Shown here: in pieces, positions 55,400 through 64,000 of the stretch
Layout: the number at the start of each line of letters is the position of its first letter
Position numbering within the stretch: position 1 is the first letter of the stretch
DNA from: Escherichia phage vB_EcoM_SA35RD
Direction: 5' to 3' (one strand)
Sequence record: OL960577.1
DNA: 64,000 bases
Translations under genes and position numbers: made by a program
Notes under the pieces: generated by a model
Seen by the model: the letters and a program-made list of their open reading frames with translations, nothing else
Databases searched by the model: none
Told to the model about the DNA's origin: nothing

Positions 55400-58300
55400 A
55401 TGGCCGACATCAAACGTAAGTTCAGAGCCGAAGACGGTCTGGACGCCGGTGGCGACAAGATTGTTAACGTAGCATTAGCCGACCGTACAGTAGGTACTGA
55501 TGGCGTAAACGTTGACTTCCTGGTACAAGAAAACACCGTTCAAGTATATGATTCTACGCGTGGATATAACAAAGGATTTGTTGTTCTTTATGACAACCGT
55601 TTATATCAAGCAATAAATGATATCGTGTCTCCTTCCGGGGCATTTAACCTTTTACAATGGCGTGCAGTTCGTACCGATGCACAATGGATAACTGTAGCTT
55701 CTGGGACTTATCAACTTTCTTCAGGTGAATCGATTTCGGTTAACACTGGTGCCGGCAATGATATGGTTTTCACGTTGCCAAATGCGCCGGTTGATGGTGA
55801 CACTATTGTTTTGGCTGATATTGGTGGAAGAACCGGGGCGGTTAAAGTACAGATTAACGCGTCTGTGCAGAGTATTTTAAACTTTAGAGGCGAACAAGTT
55901 CGTACAGTTTTAATGACGCGTCCGCGTTCACAACTAGTGTTTGTGTTTAGTAATCGTTTGTGGCAGATGTATATCATTGATTACGGTAAAGAATCAATCA
56001 CTGTTACACCTGCTACACCATATCAAGCGCAAGCAAACGATTTTATTGTTCTTCGTTTTACTAGTGCAGCACCAATCAACATTACACTTCCACGTAATGC
56101 TAACAATGGTGATATAATCAGCCTAGTTGATTTAGATAAATTAAACCCACTGTATCATACGATTATTAAAACATTTGATGATACAACGTCTATTGGCGAA
56201 GTCGGGACTCATATCGTCGAAGGTAGAACTTCTTCTGACGCGTTTTTTGTTTTTGATGCTGCAAATAGTTTATGGCGTATATGGGAAGGCGACCAGAAAT
56301 CACGTCTTCGTATTATCCGTACAGATTCAAATATTCGCCCAAATGAAGAAGTTCTTATTTTTGGTACAAATAACGCTACAGCAGAAACTATTAACCTTAC
56401 GCTTCCTACAGGAATTTTGACCGGTGACACTGTTAAAATTTCAATGAACTACATGCGTAAAGGCCAAACAGTAAAAATTAAAGCTGCCGAAGGTGATACA
56501 ATTGCTTCTTCTGTTGCATTGCTTCAGTTCCCTAAACGTTCTGAATATCCACCTGATGCTCAATGGGTTTCTGTTACTGAATTGGAATTCAATGGTACTA
56601 ATTCATATGTTCCTGTATTAGAATTAGCATATATTGAAGACACCGTTGCTGGTACACGTTATTGGGTTGTGCAACAGAATGTCCCTACAGTAGAACGTGT
56701 TGATGCTGGAACTGATGCTACACGAGCTCGTTTAGGTGTTATTGCTCTTGCTACTCAAGCGCAAGCAAATGTTGATTTAGAGAATACTCCAGCTAAAGAA
56801 GTTGCTATTACTCCTGAAACGTTGGCAAATCGTACAGCAACTGAATCTCGACGTGGTATCGCTAAAATTGCTACAACGGCACAAGTTAATCAGAATTCCA
56901 CAGCAGAATTTGTGGACGATACTATTGTTACGCCTAAAAAACTAAATGAGCGTACAGCAACTGAAACTCGTCGCGGTCTTGCTGAAATTGCTACTCAGAC
57001 TGAAACCGATGCTGGTCTTGATGACACAACGATTATTACACCTAAGAAATTGCAGGCACGTCAGGGTTCTGAAACACTATCGGGTATAGTTAAATATGTA
57101 TCAACTACTTCTGCTACTCCTGCTGAAACTCGTGGGGCCGCAGGCACTAACGTTTATAATAAAACCGTAAATAATTTAACTATTTCTCCTAAAGCCCTTG
57201 ACCAATATAAGGCAACTTATGCACAACAAGGTGCAGTAATTTTAGCTGTTGATAGTGAAGTAATTGCTGGTCAATCACAAGCAGGTTATTCTCACGCTGT
57301 AGTAACTCCTGAAACACTGCATAAGAAAACTTCTACTGATGGGCGTATTGGTTTAATTGAAATTGCTACGCAAACAGAAACTAATGCTGGGACTGATTAT
57401 ACGCGGGCAGTAACGCCTAAGACGTTAAATGATAGGAAAGCTACGGAAGGATTATCCGGCATAGCCGAACTTGCTACGCAAGTTGAATTTGATACTGGAA
57501 CTGATGATACTCGTATCTCGACTCCACTGAAAATTAAAACTCATTTTGATTCTTCTGACCGTACCAGTGTTAATTCTGATTCCGGACTTATTGAAGAAGG
57601 AACCTTGTGGAACCATTATACTCTTGATATTTCTAAAGCAAATGAAACACAACGTGGTACACTTCGCGTAGCGACTCAGGCAGAATCTAATGCAGGAACT
57701 TTAGATGATGTTCTTATTACTCCTAAAAAGCTTTTAGGGACTAAGTCCACTGAAACGTCTGAAGGTGTAATTAAGGTTGCTACTCGGGCTGAAACTGTAA
57801 CAGGAACTTCTGCTAATACTGCTGTATCGCCTAAGAATTTAAAATGGATTGTCCAGAATGAACCAACATGGGCTGCTACTACGGCAATTCGTGGATTCGT
57901 TAAAACTTCATCCGGTTCTATTACATTCGTTGGTAATGATACAGTTGGTTCAACACAACCTTTAGAATCATATGAAAAAAATAGCTATGCTATATCTCCA
58001 TATGAATTAAACCGTGTACTTGCTAACTATTTGCCATTAAAAGCAAAAGCTGCTGACGCAAATTTATTAGATGGCATAGATTCATCTCAGTTCATTCGTA
58101 GGGATATTGCACAGACGGTTAATGGTTCACTAACCTTAACGAAACAAACTAATCTGAGTGCCCCTCTTGTATCATCTAGTACTGCTACGTTTGGTGGGTC
58201 AGTTTCGGCAAATAGTACATTAACTATTTCTAATACTGAAACGGCAACTCGTCTGATTTTTGAGAAAGGACCTCAAACTGGAACTAATCCAGCACAGACG

Positions 58301-59275
58301 ATGACTATCAGAGTTTGGGGAAATCAGTTTGGTGGCGGATCAGATACAACACGTTCTACTGTATTTGAAGTTGGTGATGAAACGTCTAATCATTTTTATT
58401 CTCAACGTAATAAAGATGGGAATATAGCGTTTAGCATTAATGGTACTGTGATGCCAATAAACATTAATGCTTCTGGTTTGATGAATGTTAATGGCGTTGC
58501 AACATTCGGTCGTTCAGTTACTGCTAATGGCGAATTCATTAGTAAGTCTGCAAATGCTTTCAGAGCAATTAGTGGTGATTACGGATTCTTTATTCATAAT
58601 GACGCTGCTAATACCTATTTTATGCTCACTGCATCAGGCGATCAGACTGGCGGATTTAATGGATTACGTCCTTTAGCTATTAATAATGCATCCGGCCAAG
58701 TAACGATTGGTGAAGGTTTAATCATTGCCAAAGGTGCTACTATAAATTCTGGCGGTTTAACTGTTAACTCGAGAATTCGTTCTCAGGGTTCTAAAACTGC
58801 TGATTTATACACTCGTGCTCCTACTGCTGATACAGTCGGATTCTGGTCAATCGATATTAACGATTCAGCCACTTATAACCAGTTCCCGGGTTATTTTAAA
58901 ATGGTTGAAAAAACTAATGAAGTGTCTGGACTTCCATACTTAGAACGCGGTGAAGAAGTTAAATCTCCTGGTACATTGACCCAGTTTGGTAATACACTTG
59001 ATTCGCTTTACCAAGATTGGATTACTTATCCAACAACTCCAGAAGCACGTACAACCCGTTGGACTCGTACATGGCAGAAAACTAAAAATTCTTGGTCAAG
59101 TTTTGTTCAGGTATTTGATGGCGGAAACCCTCCTCAACCTTCTGATATTGGTGCTTTACCTTCTGATAATGCAACAATCGGAAACTTGACAATAAGGGAT
59201 TTCTTAAGGATTGGTAATGTCCGCATTATTCCAGACCCTGTGAATAAATCTGTTAAATTCGAGTGGATTGAATAA
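55400..59275 (+). CDS. 34: long tail fibre proximal subunit gp34
   Basis: 1291 aa; internal repeats (RRG.AEIATQTE..AG.DDT...TPK.L); late promoter motif upstream. Confidence 0.95.
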   Translation: MADIKRKFRAEDGLDAGGDKIVNVALADRTVGTDGVNVDFLVQENTVQVYDSTRGYNKGFVVLYDNRLYQAINDIVSPSGAFNLLQWRAVRTDAQWITVASGTYQLSSGESISVNTGAGNDMVFTLPNAPVDGDTIVLADIGGRTGAVKVQINASVQSILNFRGEQVRTVLMTRPRSQLVFVFSNRLWQMYIIDYGKESITVTPATPYQAQANDFIVLRFTSAAPINITLPRNANNGDIISLVDLDKLNPLYHTIIKTFDDTTSIGEVGTHIVEGRTSSDAFFVFDAANSLWRIWEGDQKSRLRIIRTDSNIRPNEEVLIFGTNNATAETINLTLPTGILTGDTVKISMNYMRKGQTVKIKAAEGDTIASSVALLQFPKRSEYPPDAQWVSVTELEFNGTNSYVPVLELAYIEDTVAGTRYWVVQQNVPTVERVDAGTDATRARLGVIALATQAQANVDLENTPAKEVAITPETLANRTATESRRGIAKIATTAQVNQNSTAEFVDDTIVTPKKLNERTATETRRGLAEIATQTETDAGLDDTTIITPKKLQARQGSETLSGIVKYVSTTSATPAETRGAAGTNVYNKTVNNLTISPKALDQYKATYAQQGAVILAVDSEVIAGQSQAGYSHAVVTPETLHKKTSTDGRIGLIEIATQTETNAGTDYTRAVTPKTLNDRKATEGLSGIAELATQVEFDTGTDDTRISTPLKIKTHFDSSDRTSVNSDSGLIEEGTLWNHYTLDISKANETQRGTLRVATQAESNAGTLDDVLITPKKLLGTKSTETSEGVIKVATRAETVTGTSANTAVSPKNLKWIVQNEPTWAATTAIRGFVKTSSGSITFVGNDTVGSTQPLESYEKNSYAISPYELNRVLANYLPLKAKAADANLLDGIDSSQFIRRDIAQTVNGSLTLTKQTNLSAPLVSSSTATFGGSVSANSTLTISNTETATRLIFEKGPQTGTNPAQTMTIRVWGNQFGGGSDTTRSTVFEVGDETSNHFYSQRNKDGNIAFSINGTVMPININASGLMNVNGVATFGRSVTANGEFISKSANAFRAISGDYGFFIHNDAANTYFMLTASGDQTGGFNGLRPLAINNASGQVTIGEGLIIAKGATINSGGLTVNSRIRSQGSKTADLYTRAPTADTVGFWSIDINDSATYNQFPGYFKMVEKTNEVSGLPYLERGEEVKSPGTLTQFGNTLDSLYQDWITYPTTPEARTTRWTRTWQKTKNSWSSFVQVFDGGNPPQPSDIGALPSDNATIGNLTIRDFLRIGNVRIIPDPVNKSVKFEWIE

Positions 59276-59283
59276 GAGGTATT

Positions 59284-60411
59284 ATGGAAAAATTTATGGC
59301 TAAGTTTGGACAAGGATACGTCCAAACGCCATTTTTATCGGAAAGCAATTCAGTACGATTTAAATTAAGCATAGCGGGCTCTTGTCCGCTATCAACATCT
59401 CCTGCTTATATTAAGTTCCAGGATAATCCACTTGGGTCCCAGGTTTTTTCTGTTGGATTAAACGTTCGTGTAATAAATCCTACAACAGGTGCAGTAGTTG
59501 AATCTAAGTCATATAATTTCTCTACTGAAAACGACGCCACGTCAAGTGCATTTGTTACTTTCATGGACACATACGCTTCAAATTTTATATTTGCTCTTGT
59601 TACTAACGCTAAAACAAACTTTCCGCCAGAAGTTCTTGCATGGTTTACCAAAGCTGGGAGTTCTGCTATTCCATTAGCTCAACAAGTTTTAAATATAGTG
59701 GACATTTCTTATTCGGCATTTTATATTTCTGGTAAGAATGCTATAGCGCTAGAACATATTAAGTATAGTAATAAGAAAACTTCAACCGACTATAGTACAC
59801 CACTTGATGTTGTGTACGACACGATCGATGATATTGGTGCGACCGGCTTCCCTAGACGTACGTATGAATCGACAGACACATTTTTATCTGCTGTTGGAGG
59901 TACTAATAACGAAATTAAAAGGATGCCTACAACGTCCATTATTACACCTCTCGCTGGGTATAAATTGAAGCCTGGAGATTTCCTTTATATGAAATTCCAA
60001 CTAATGGCTGATGCCGATTTGTTAGCACAAGGGACGACACGACTTTCTATTCGTTTCTTTAAATCTCCTTCTACTTCACCTATTTCATTTAAGGATACAA
60101 ACTTTGATGGGGCTGCAGGTGAATGGAAGATATATGAAGACTACATAGAAATTCCTGCTGGTGCTGACGGGTTCACGATTTATTGTTATCGTACAGCTCC
60201 AGTCGGGCAAGGTGGATTAAGAAACGTTATATTCACTGAAGTATCATGTAATGGAAGCGTTTCAAAACCTGCTGAGTTTGGTATAAATGGTATTCGTGTA
60301 AATTATGTTTCAGAATCTTTAAGTGCTCCAGACATAATGACATTACCTACTCAATCTTCAACTGATACTGGTAAGGTATTTGGACAAGAATTTAAAGAAG
60401 CATCAGAATAA
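59284..60411 (+). CDS. 35: long tail fibre hinge protein gp35
   Basis: 375 aa, T4 gp35 size and position. Confidence 0.9.
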   Translation: MEKFMAKFGQGYVQTPFLSESNSVRFKLSIAGSCPLSTSPAYIKFQDNPLGSQVFSVGLNVRVINPTTGAVVESKSYNFSTENDATSSAFVTFMDTYASNFIFALVTNAKTNFPPEVLAWFTKAGSSAIPLAQQVLNIVDISYSAFYISGKNAIALEHIKYSNKKTSTDYSTPLDVVYDTIDDIGATGFPRRTYESTDTFLSAVGGTNNEIKRMPTTSIITPLAGYKLKPGDFLYMKFQLMADADLLAQGTTRLSIRFFKSPSTSPISFKDTNFDGAAGEWKIYEDYIEIPAGADGFTIYCYRTAPVGQGGLRNVIFTEVSCNGSVSKPAEFGINGIRVNYVSESLSAPDIMTLPTQSSTDTGKVFGQEFKEASE

Positions 60412-60416
60412 ATTTA

Positions 60417-60440
60417 GGGAGACTTCGGTCTCCCATTTTT
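60417..60440 (+). terminator. rho-independent terminator after gene 35
   Basis: GGGAGAC-TTCG-GTCTCCC followed by ATTTTT. Confidence 0.7.
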
Positions 60441-60441
60441 G

Positions 60442-60449
60442 TATAAATA
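60442..60449 (+). promoter_or_regulatory. late promoter motif TATAAATA upstream of gene 36
   Basis: Exact motif 25 nt before the gene 36 ATG, just after the gene 35 terminator. Confidence 0.6.
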
Positions 60450-60473
60450 TGGTATACATATAAGGAGACAACT

Positions 60474-61139
60474 ATGGCCGATTTAAAAGCTGGTAGTACA
60501 ACTGGCGGTGCTGTTATATGGCATCAAGGTAATTTCCCTTTAATGCCAGCAGGTGATGACGTCCTGTATAAAACGTTTAAACTCTATTCAGAATATAATA
60601 AACCGCAAGCTGCTGATAACGATTTCGTTTCTAAAGCTAATGGTGGTACTTATGCATCAAAGGTAACATTTAACGGCGGCGTTCAAGTCCCGTATGCTGT
60701 AAACAACACAAACCCGTGCGGTATTTATCCAGGTAACGGTGATAATGCTACTTTTGCTGTAGCAAATATCGATATTGTTTCATGGAATGGTATTGGTTTT
60801 AAATCATCGCAAGGTTCAGCAGCCCGAACTGTTGTAATTAATGCACGTAATGGTGATATTAATACAAAAGGTGTTGTGTCTGCGGCAGGTCAAGTAAGAA
60901 GTGATGCAGCTGCTCCTATAGCAGCGAATGACCTTACTAGAAAGGACTATGTTGATGGACGAATAAATATTGTTACGGATAACGCAAATTCCCGTGTATT
61001 GCGTAAAGGCGATACCATGACTGGTACTTTAACAGCACCAAACTTTTTCTCACAGAATCCGGCGTCTGAGGCTAATCATGTTCCTCGTTTCGACCAGATT
61101 GTAATTAAAGATTCTGTTCAAGATTTCGGCTATTATTAA
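60474..61139 (+). CDS. 36: long tail fibre distal connector gp36
   Basis: 221 aa (T4 gp36 size); late promoter motif upstream. Confidence 0.9.
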   Translation: MADLKAGSTTGGAVIWHQGNFPLMPAGDDVLYKTFKLYSEYNKPQAADNDFVSKANGGTYASKVTFNGGVQVPYAVNNTNPCGIYPGNGDNATFAVANIDIVSWNGIGFKSSQGSAARTVVINARNGDINTKGVVSAAGQVRSDAAAPIAANDLTRKDYVDGRINIVTDNANSRVLRKGDTMTGTLTAPNFFSQNPASEANHVPRFDQIVIKDSVQDFGYY

Positions 61140-61147
61140 GAGGACTT

Positions 61148-64000
61148 ATGGCTACATTAAAACAGATACAATTTAAAAGAAGCAAAGTGGCAGGAGTTAA
61201 TCCTACTGCAGCACAATTAGCCGAAGGCGAATTAGCGATAAACTTAAAAGACCGAACTCTTTTTACTAAAGATGACCTCGGTAATATTATTAGCCTGGGC
61301 TTTGCTAAGGGTGGGCAAGTTGACGGCAACGTTACTATTAACGGACTTTTGAGATTAAATGGCGATTATGTACAAACAGGTGGAATGACTGTAAACGGAC
61401 CAATTGGTTCTACTGATGGCGTAACTGCAAAAGTTTTCAGATCTACACAGGGTTCGTTTTATACAAGAGCATCAAACGATACTGCAAATGCCCATTTATG
61501 GTTTGAAAATGCCGATGGCACTGAACGAGGCGTTATATATGCTCGTCCTCAAACTACAACTGATGGTGAAATACGCCTTAGGGTTAGACAAGGAACAGGA
61601 AGCACTACTAATAGTGAATTCTATTTCCGTTCTATAAATGGAGGCGAATTTCAGGCTAACCGTATTTTAGCATCAGATTCGTTAGTAACTAAACGCATTG
61701 CAGTTGATACAGTTATTCACGGCGGCAAAGCCTTTGGTGTATATGATACGGATTCATTAGTTAACTATGTATACCCAGGCACCGGTGAAACGAATGGTGT
61801 AAACTATCTTCGTAGAGTTCGTGCCAAATCCGGTGGCACTATGTGGCATGAGCTTTGTACTGCTCAATTAGGCCAAGCTGATGAAATGTCTTGGTGGACA
61901 GGTAATACTCCACAGTCAAAACAGTATGGTATTCGTAATGATGGTCGAATGGCTGGCCGTAATAGCCTTGCATTAGGTACATTCACTACAGATTTCCCGT
62001 CTAGCGATTATGGTAACGTCGGTGTAATGGGCGATAAGTATCTTGTTCTCGGTGACACTGTAACAGGTCTGAAATATATTAAACAAGGAGTTTATGATTT
62101 AGTTGGCGGTGGTTATTCTGTTGCTTCTGTTACTCCTGACAGTTTCCGTAGTACTCGTAAAGCGTTATTTGGACGTTCAGAAGACCAAGGCACTACATGG
62201 ATTATGCCTGGTACTAATGCTGCATTTTTATCAGTCCAAACTCAAGCGGATGTGAATAACGCAGGGGACGGTCAGACGCATATTGGCTATAACTCTGGTG
62301 GAAAAATGTCACACTATTTCCGCGGTAAAGGCCAAATGAATATTAATACCCAAGAAGGTATGGAAATTAACCCCGGTGTTCTTAAACTAGTAACAGGCGC
62401 TAATAATGTAAGGTTTTATGCTGATGGCGGTATTACATCTGTTAAGCAGCTTTCAATATATAACGGCGTATATTTAGCAGCTAATAACTCAACAGCAGGT
62501 TTGACTTTTTCAGCAACTACCACGATTGATGGCACCAAACAAATCCTTTGGGAAGGCGGCACTCGAGCAGGCCAGAATAAGAGTTATGTAACTGTTAAAG
62601 CATGGGGTAATGCCTTTAACGCATCTGGCGATCATTCCCGTGAAACAGTTTTTGAAGTATCAGATGGACAAGGTTACCATTTTTATTCTCAACGAGTTGC
62701 TCCTGGTGCAGGTTCTACTGTCGGACCTATTCAATTCCGAGTTAATGGCGGTTTATTAACTTCAGGTAGTATTGTTGCTTCTGGTTCTATTACAACTGAA
62801 TCTTCTTTGAGTGTTAATAATGGCATGACAGTAAATGGCCAGGCTAAGTTTGGCGGAACTGCAGATGCGTTAAGAATTTGGAATGCTGAATATGGTGCTA
62901 TTTTCCGTCGTTCAGAGGCGGCATTGCATATTATCCCGACTCCTAAAGATGCTGGAGAATCAGGTGGAATAAGCAATCTCCGTCCATTAAGTATTAGTCT
63001 TAATAATGGTATGGTACAAATGCGCCATTCTGTCACGTTAGGCGATGATGGCGCTGGCGGTAATATGATTACTGTGGACAATGATAACAAACTTGTTGTT
63101 GTTACTAGTCATAGTCGTATTTCTCCTAATTACCGTATGCAGGTAGGACAAGCAGCTTATATTGATGCTGAATGTACTGACACCGTTCGCCCGGCTGGTG
63201 CAGGGTCTTTTGCTTCACAAAATAATGAAAACGTTCGTGCTCCGTTCTATATGAATATTAATCGCACAGATACAAGTACTTACGTTCCTATTTTAAAACA
63301 ACGTTATGTTCAAGGAAATAGCTGTTATTCTTTAGGTACTTTAATAAATGGCGGTAACTTCAGAGTTCATTATCATGAAGGTGGAGACGGAAGTTCAACA
63401 GGCGCAACTATAAAAGATTTAGGCTGGGAATTTACACGTTCTGGTGATTTTATATCTCCTAAGCGCATTTCTGCTGGGGGTTCAGTTTATTTAGGTACAG
63501 ACGGTAACATTACTGGTGGTTCTGGTAATTTTGCCAACTTAAATAGTACAATTGAATCACTTAAAACTGATATTGTCTCAAGTTATCCAATTGGTGCTCC
63601 GATTCCTTGGCCTACTGATACACCTCCTGAAGGCTATGCCATAATGGAAGGTCAAACATTTGATGCTGACTTGTATCCTAAGTTAGCTGCAGTGTATCCT
63701 TCCGGCGCTCTGCCTGATATGCGTGGTCAGACGATTAAAGGTAAACCATCTGGGCGTGCTGTATTAAGTACAGAAGCAGACGGTGTTAAGTCACATAGCC
63801 ATAGTGCAAGTGCATCAAACACAGATTTGGGTACTAAGACCACTTCTAGTTTTGATTACGGTAGCAAAACGACTTCAAGCTTTGATTACGGTACCAAGAC
63901 CAGTAATACCACTGGTAACCATAACCATACAGTGAGTGGTAATACTAGTTCCGCAGGAGCTCACCAACACGCGCGTTCAGGTCCACAGGTCACTGCTGCA
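61148..64000 (+). CDS. 37: long tail fibre distal subunit gp37, 3'-truncated at window end
   Basis: ATG at 61148 with AAGAGGA SD; frame open for 951 codons to window end; His-rich segment and tandem TSSFDYG(S/T)KT repeat near the end. Confidence 0.9.
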   Translation, partial: MATLKQIQFKRSKVAGVNPTAAQLAEGELAINLKDRTLFTKDDLGNIISLGFAKGGQVDGNVTINGLLRLNGDYVQTGGMTVNGPIGSTDGVTAKVFRSTQGSFYTRASNDTANAHLWFENADGTERGVIYARPQTTTDGEIRLRVRQGTGSTTNSEFYFRSINGGEFQANRILASDSLVTKRIAVDTVIHGGKAFGVYDTDSLVNYVYPGTGETNGVNYLRRVRAKSGGTMWHELCTAQLGQADEMSWWTGNTPQSKQYGIRNDGRMAGRNSLALGTFTTDFPSSDYGNVGVMGDKYLVLGDTVTGLKYIKQGVYDLVGGGYSVASVTPDSFRSTRKALFGRSEDQGTTWIMPGTNAAFLSVQTQADVNNAGDGQTHIGYNSGGKMSHYFRGKGQMNINTQEGMEINPGVLKLVTGANNVRFYADGGITSVKQLSIYNGVYLAANNSTAGLTFSATTTIDGTKQILWEGGTRAGQNKSYVTVKAWGNAFNASGDHSRETVFEVSDGQGYHFYSQRVAPGAGSTVGPIQFRVNGGLLTSGSIVASGSITTESSLSVNNGMTVNGQAKFGGTADALRIWNAEYGAIFRRSEAALHIIPTPKDAGESGGISNLRPLSISLNNGMVQMRHSVTLGDDGAGGNMITVDNDNKLVVVTSHSRISPNYRMQVGQAAYIDAECTDTVRPAGAGSFASQNNENVRAPFYMNINRTDTSTYVPILKQRYVQGNSCYSLGTLINGGNFRVHYHEGGDGSSTGATIKDLGWEFTRSGDFISPKRISAGGSVYLGTDGNITGGSGNFANLNSTIESLKTDIVSSYPIGAPIPWPTDTPPEGYAIMEGQTFDADLYPKLAAVYPSGALPDMRGQTIKGKPSGRAVLSTEADGVKSHSHSASASNTDLGTKTTSSFDYGSKTTSSFDYGTKTSNTTGNHNHTVSGNTSSAGAHQHARSGPQVTAA

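Overview
This window reads as a contiguous block of a T4-like (T-even, Tevenvirinae-type) phage genome, co-linear with the T4 map from the 3' end of wac to the 5' part of gene 37. All protein identifications rest on my recollection of T4 protein sequences, lengths and gene order plus motifs visible in the translations; no database search was run. Plus-strand late modules: neck 13-14, tail completion 15, terminase 16-17, sheath 18, tube 19, portal 20, prohead core 67-68-21-22, major capsid 23, vertex 24, uvsW/uvsW.1, baseplate hub 51-27-28-29-48-54 and long tail fibre 34-35-36-37. Minus-strand blocks: rnlB-hoc-inh, uvsY-25-26, and a long early/middle region alt-30-30.x-rIII-31-cd-pseT-spanins-alc-rnlA-denA-nrdB-nrdA-td-frd-32-59-33-dsbA-rnh. 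No tRNA, rRNA or CRISPR array was seen. Regulation looks T4-like: TATAAATA late promoter motifs ahead of late genes, GTTTAC/TAnnAT early promoters and two MotA-box middle promoters on the minus strand, and many GC-rich tetraloop hairpins (CGAA/TTCG) as terminators. Beyond the T4 core, the strongest candidate is a complete class I DAHP synthase (shikimate pathway entry enzyme) translationally coupled to dCMP deaminase. Other notable points are a reverse-strand early gene with its own promoter between genes 23 and 24, a Seg-like GIY-YIG homing endonuclease between 59 and 33, a promoter-leader cassette repeated at least ten times around the variable ORFs, and intron-less td and nrdB.
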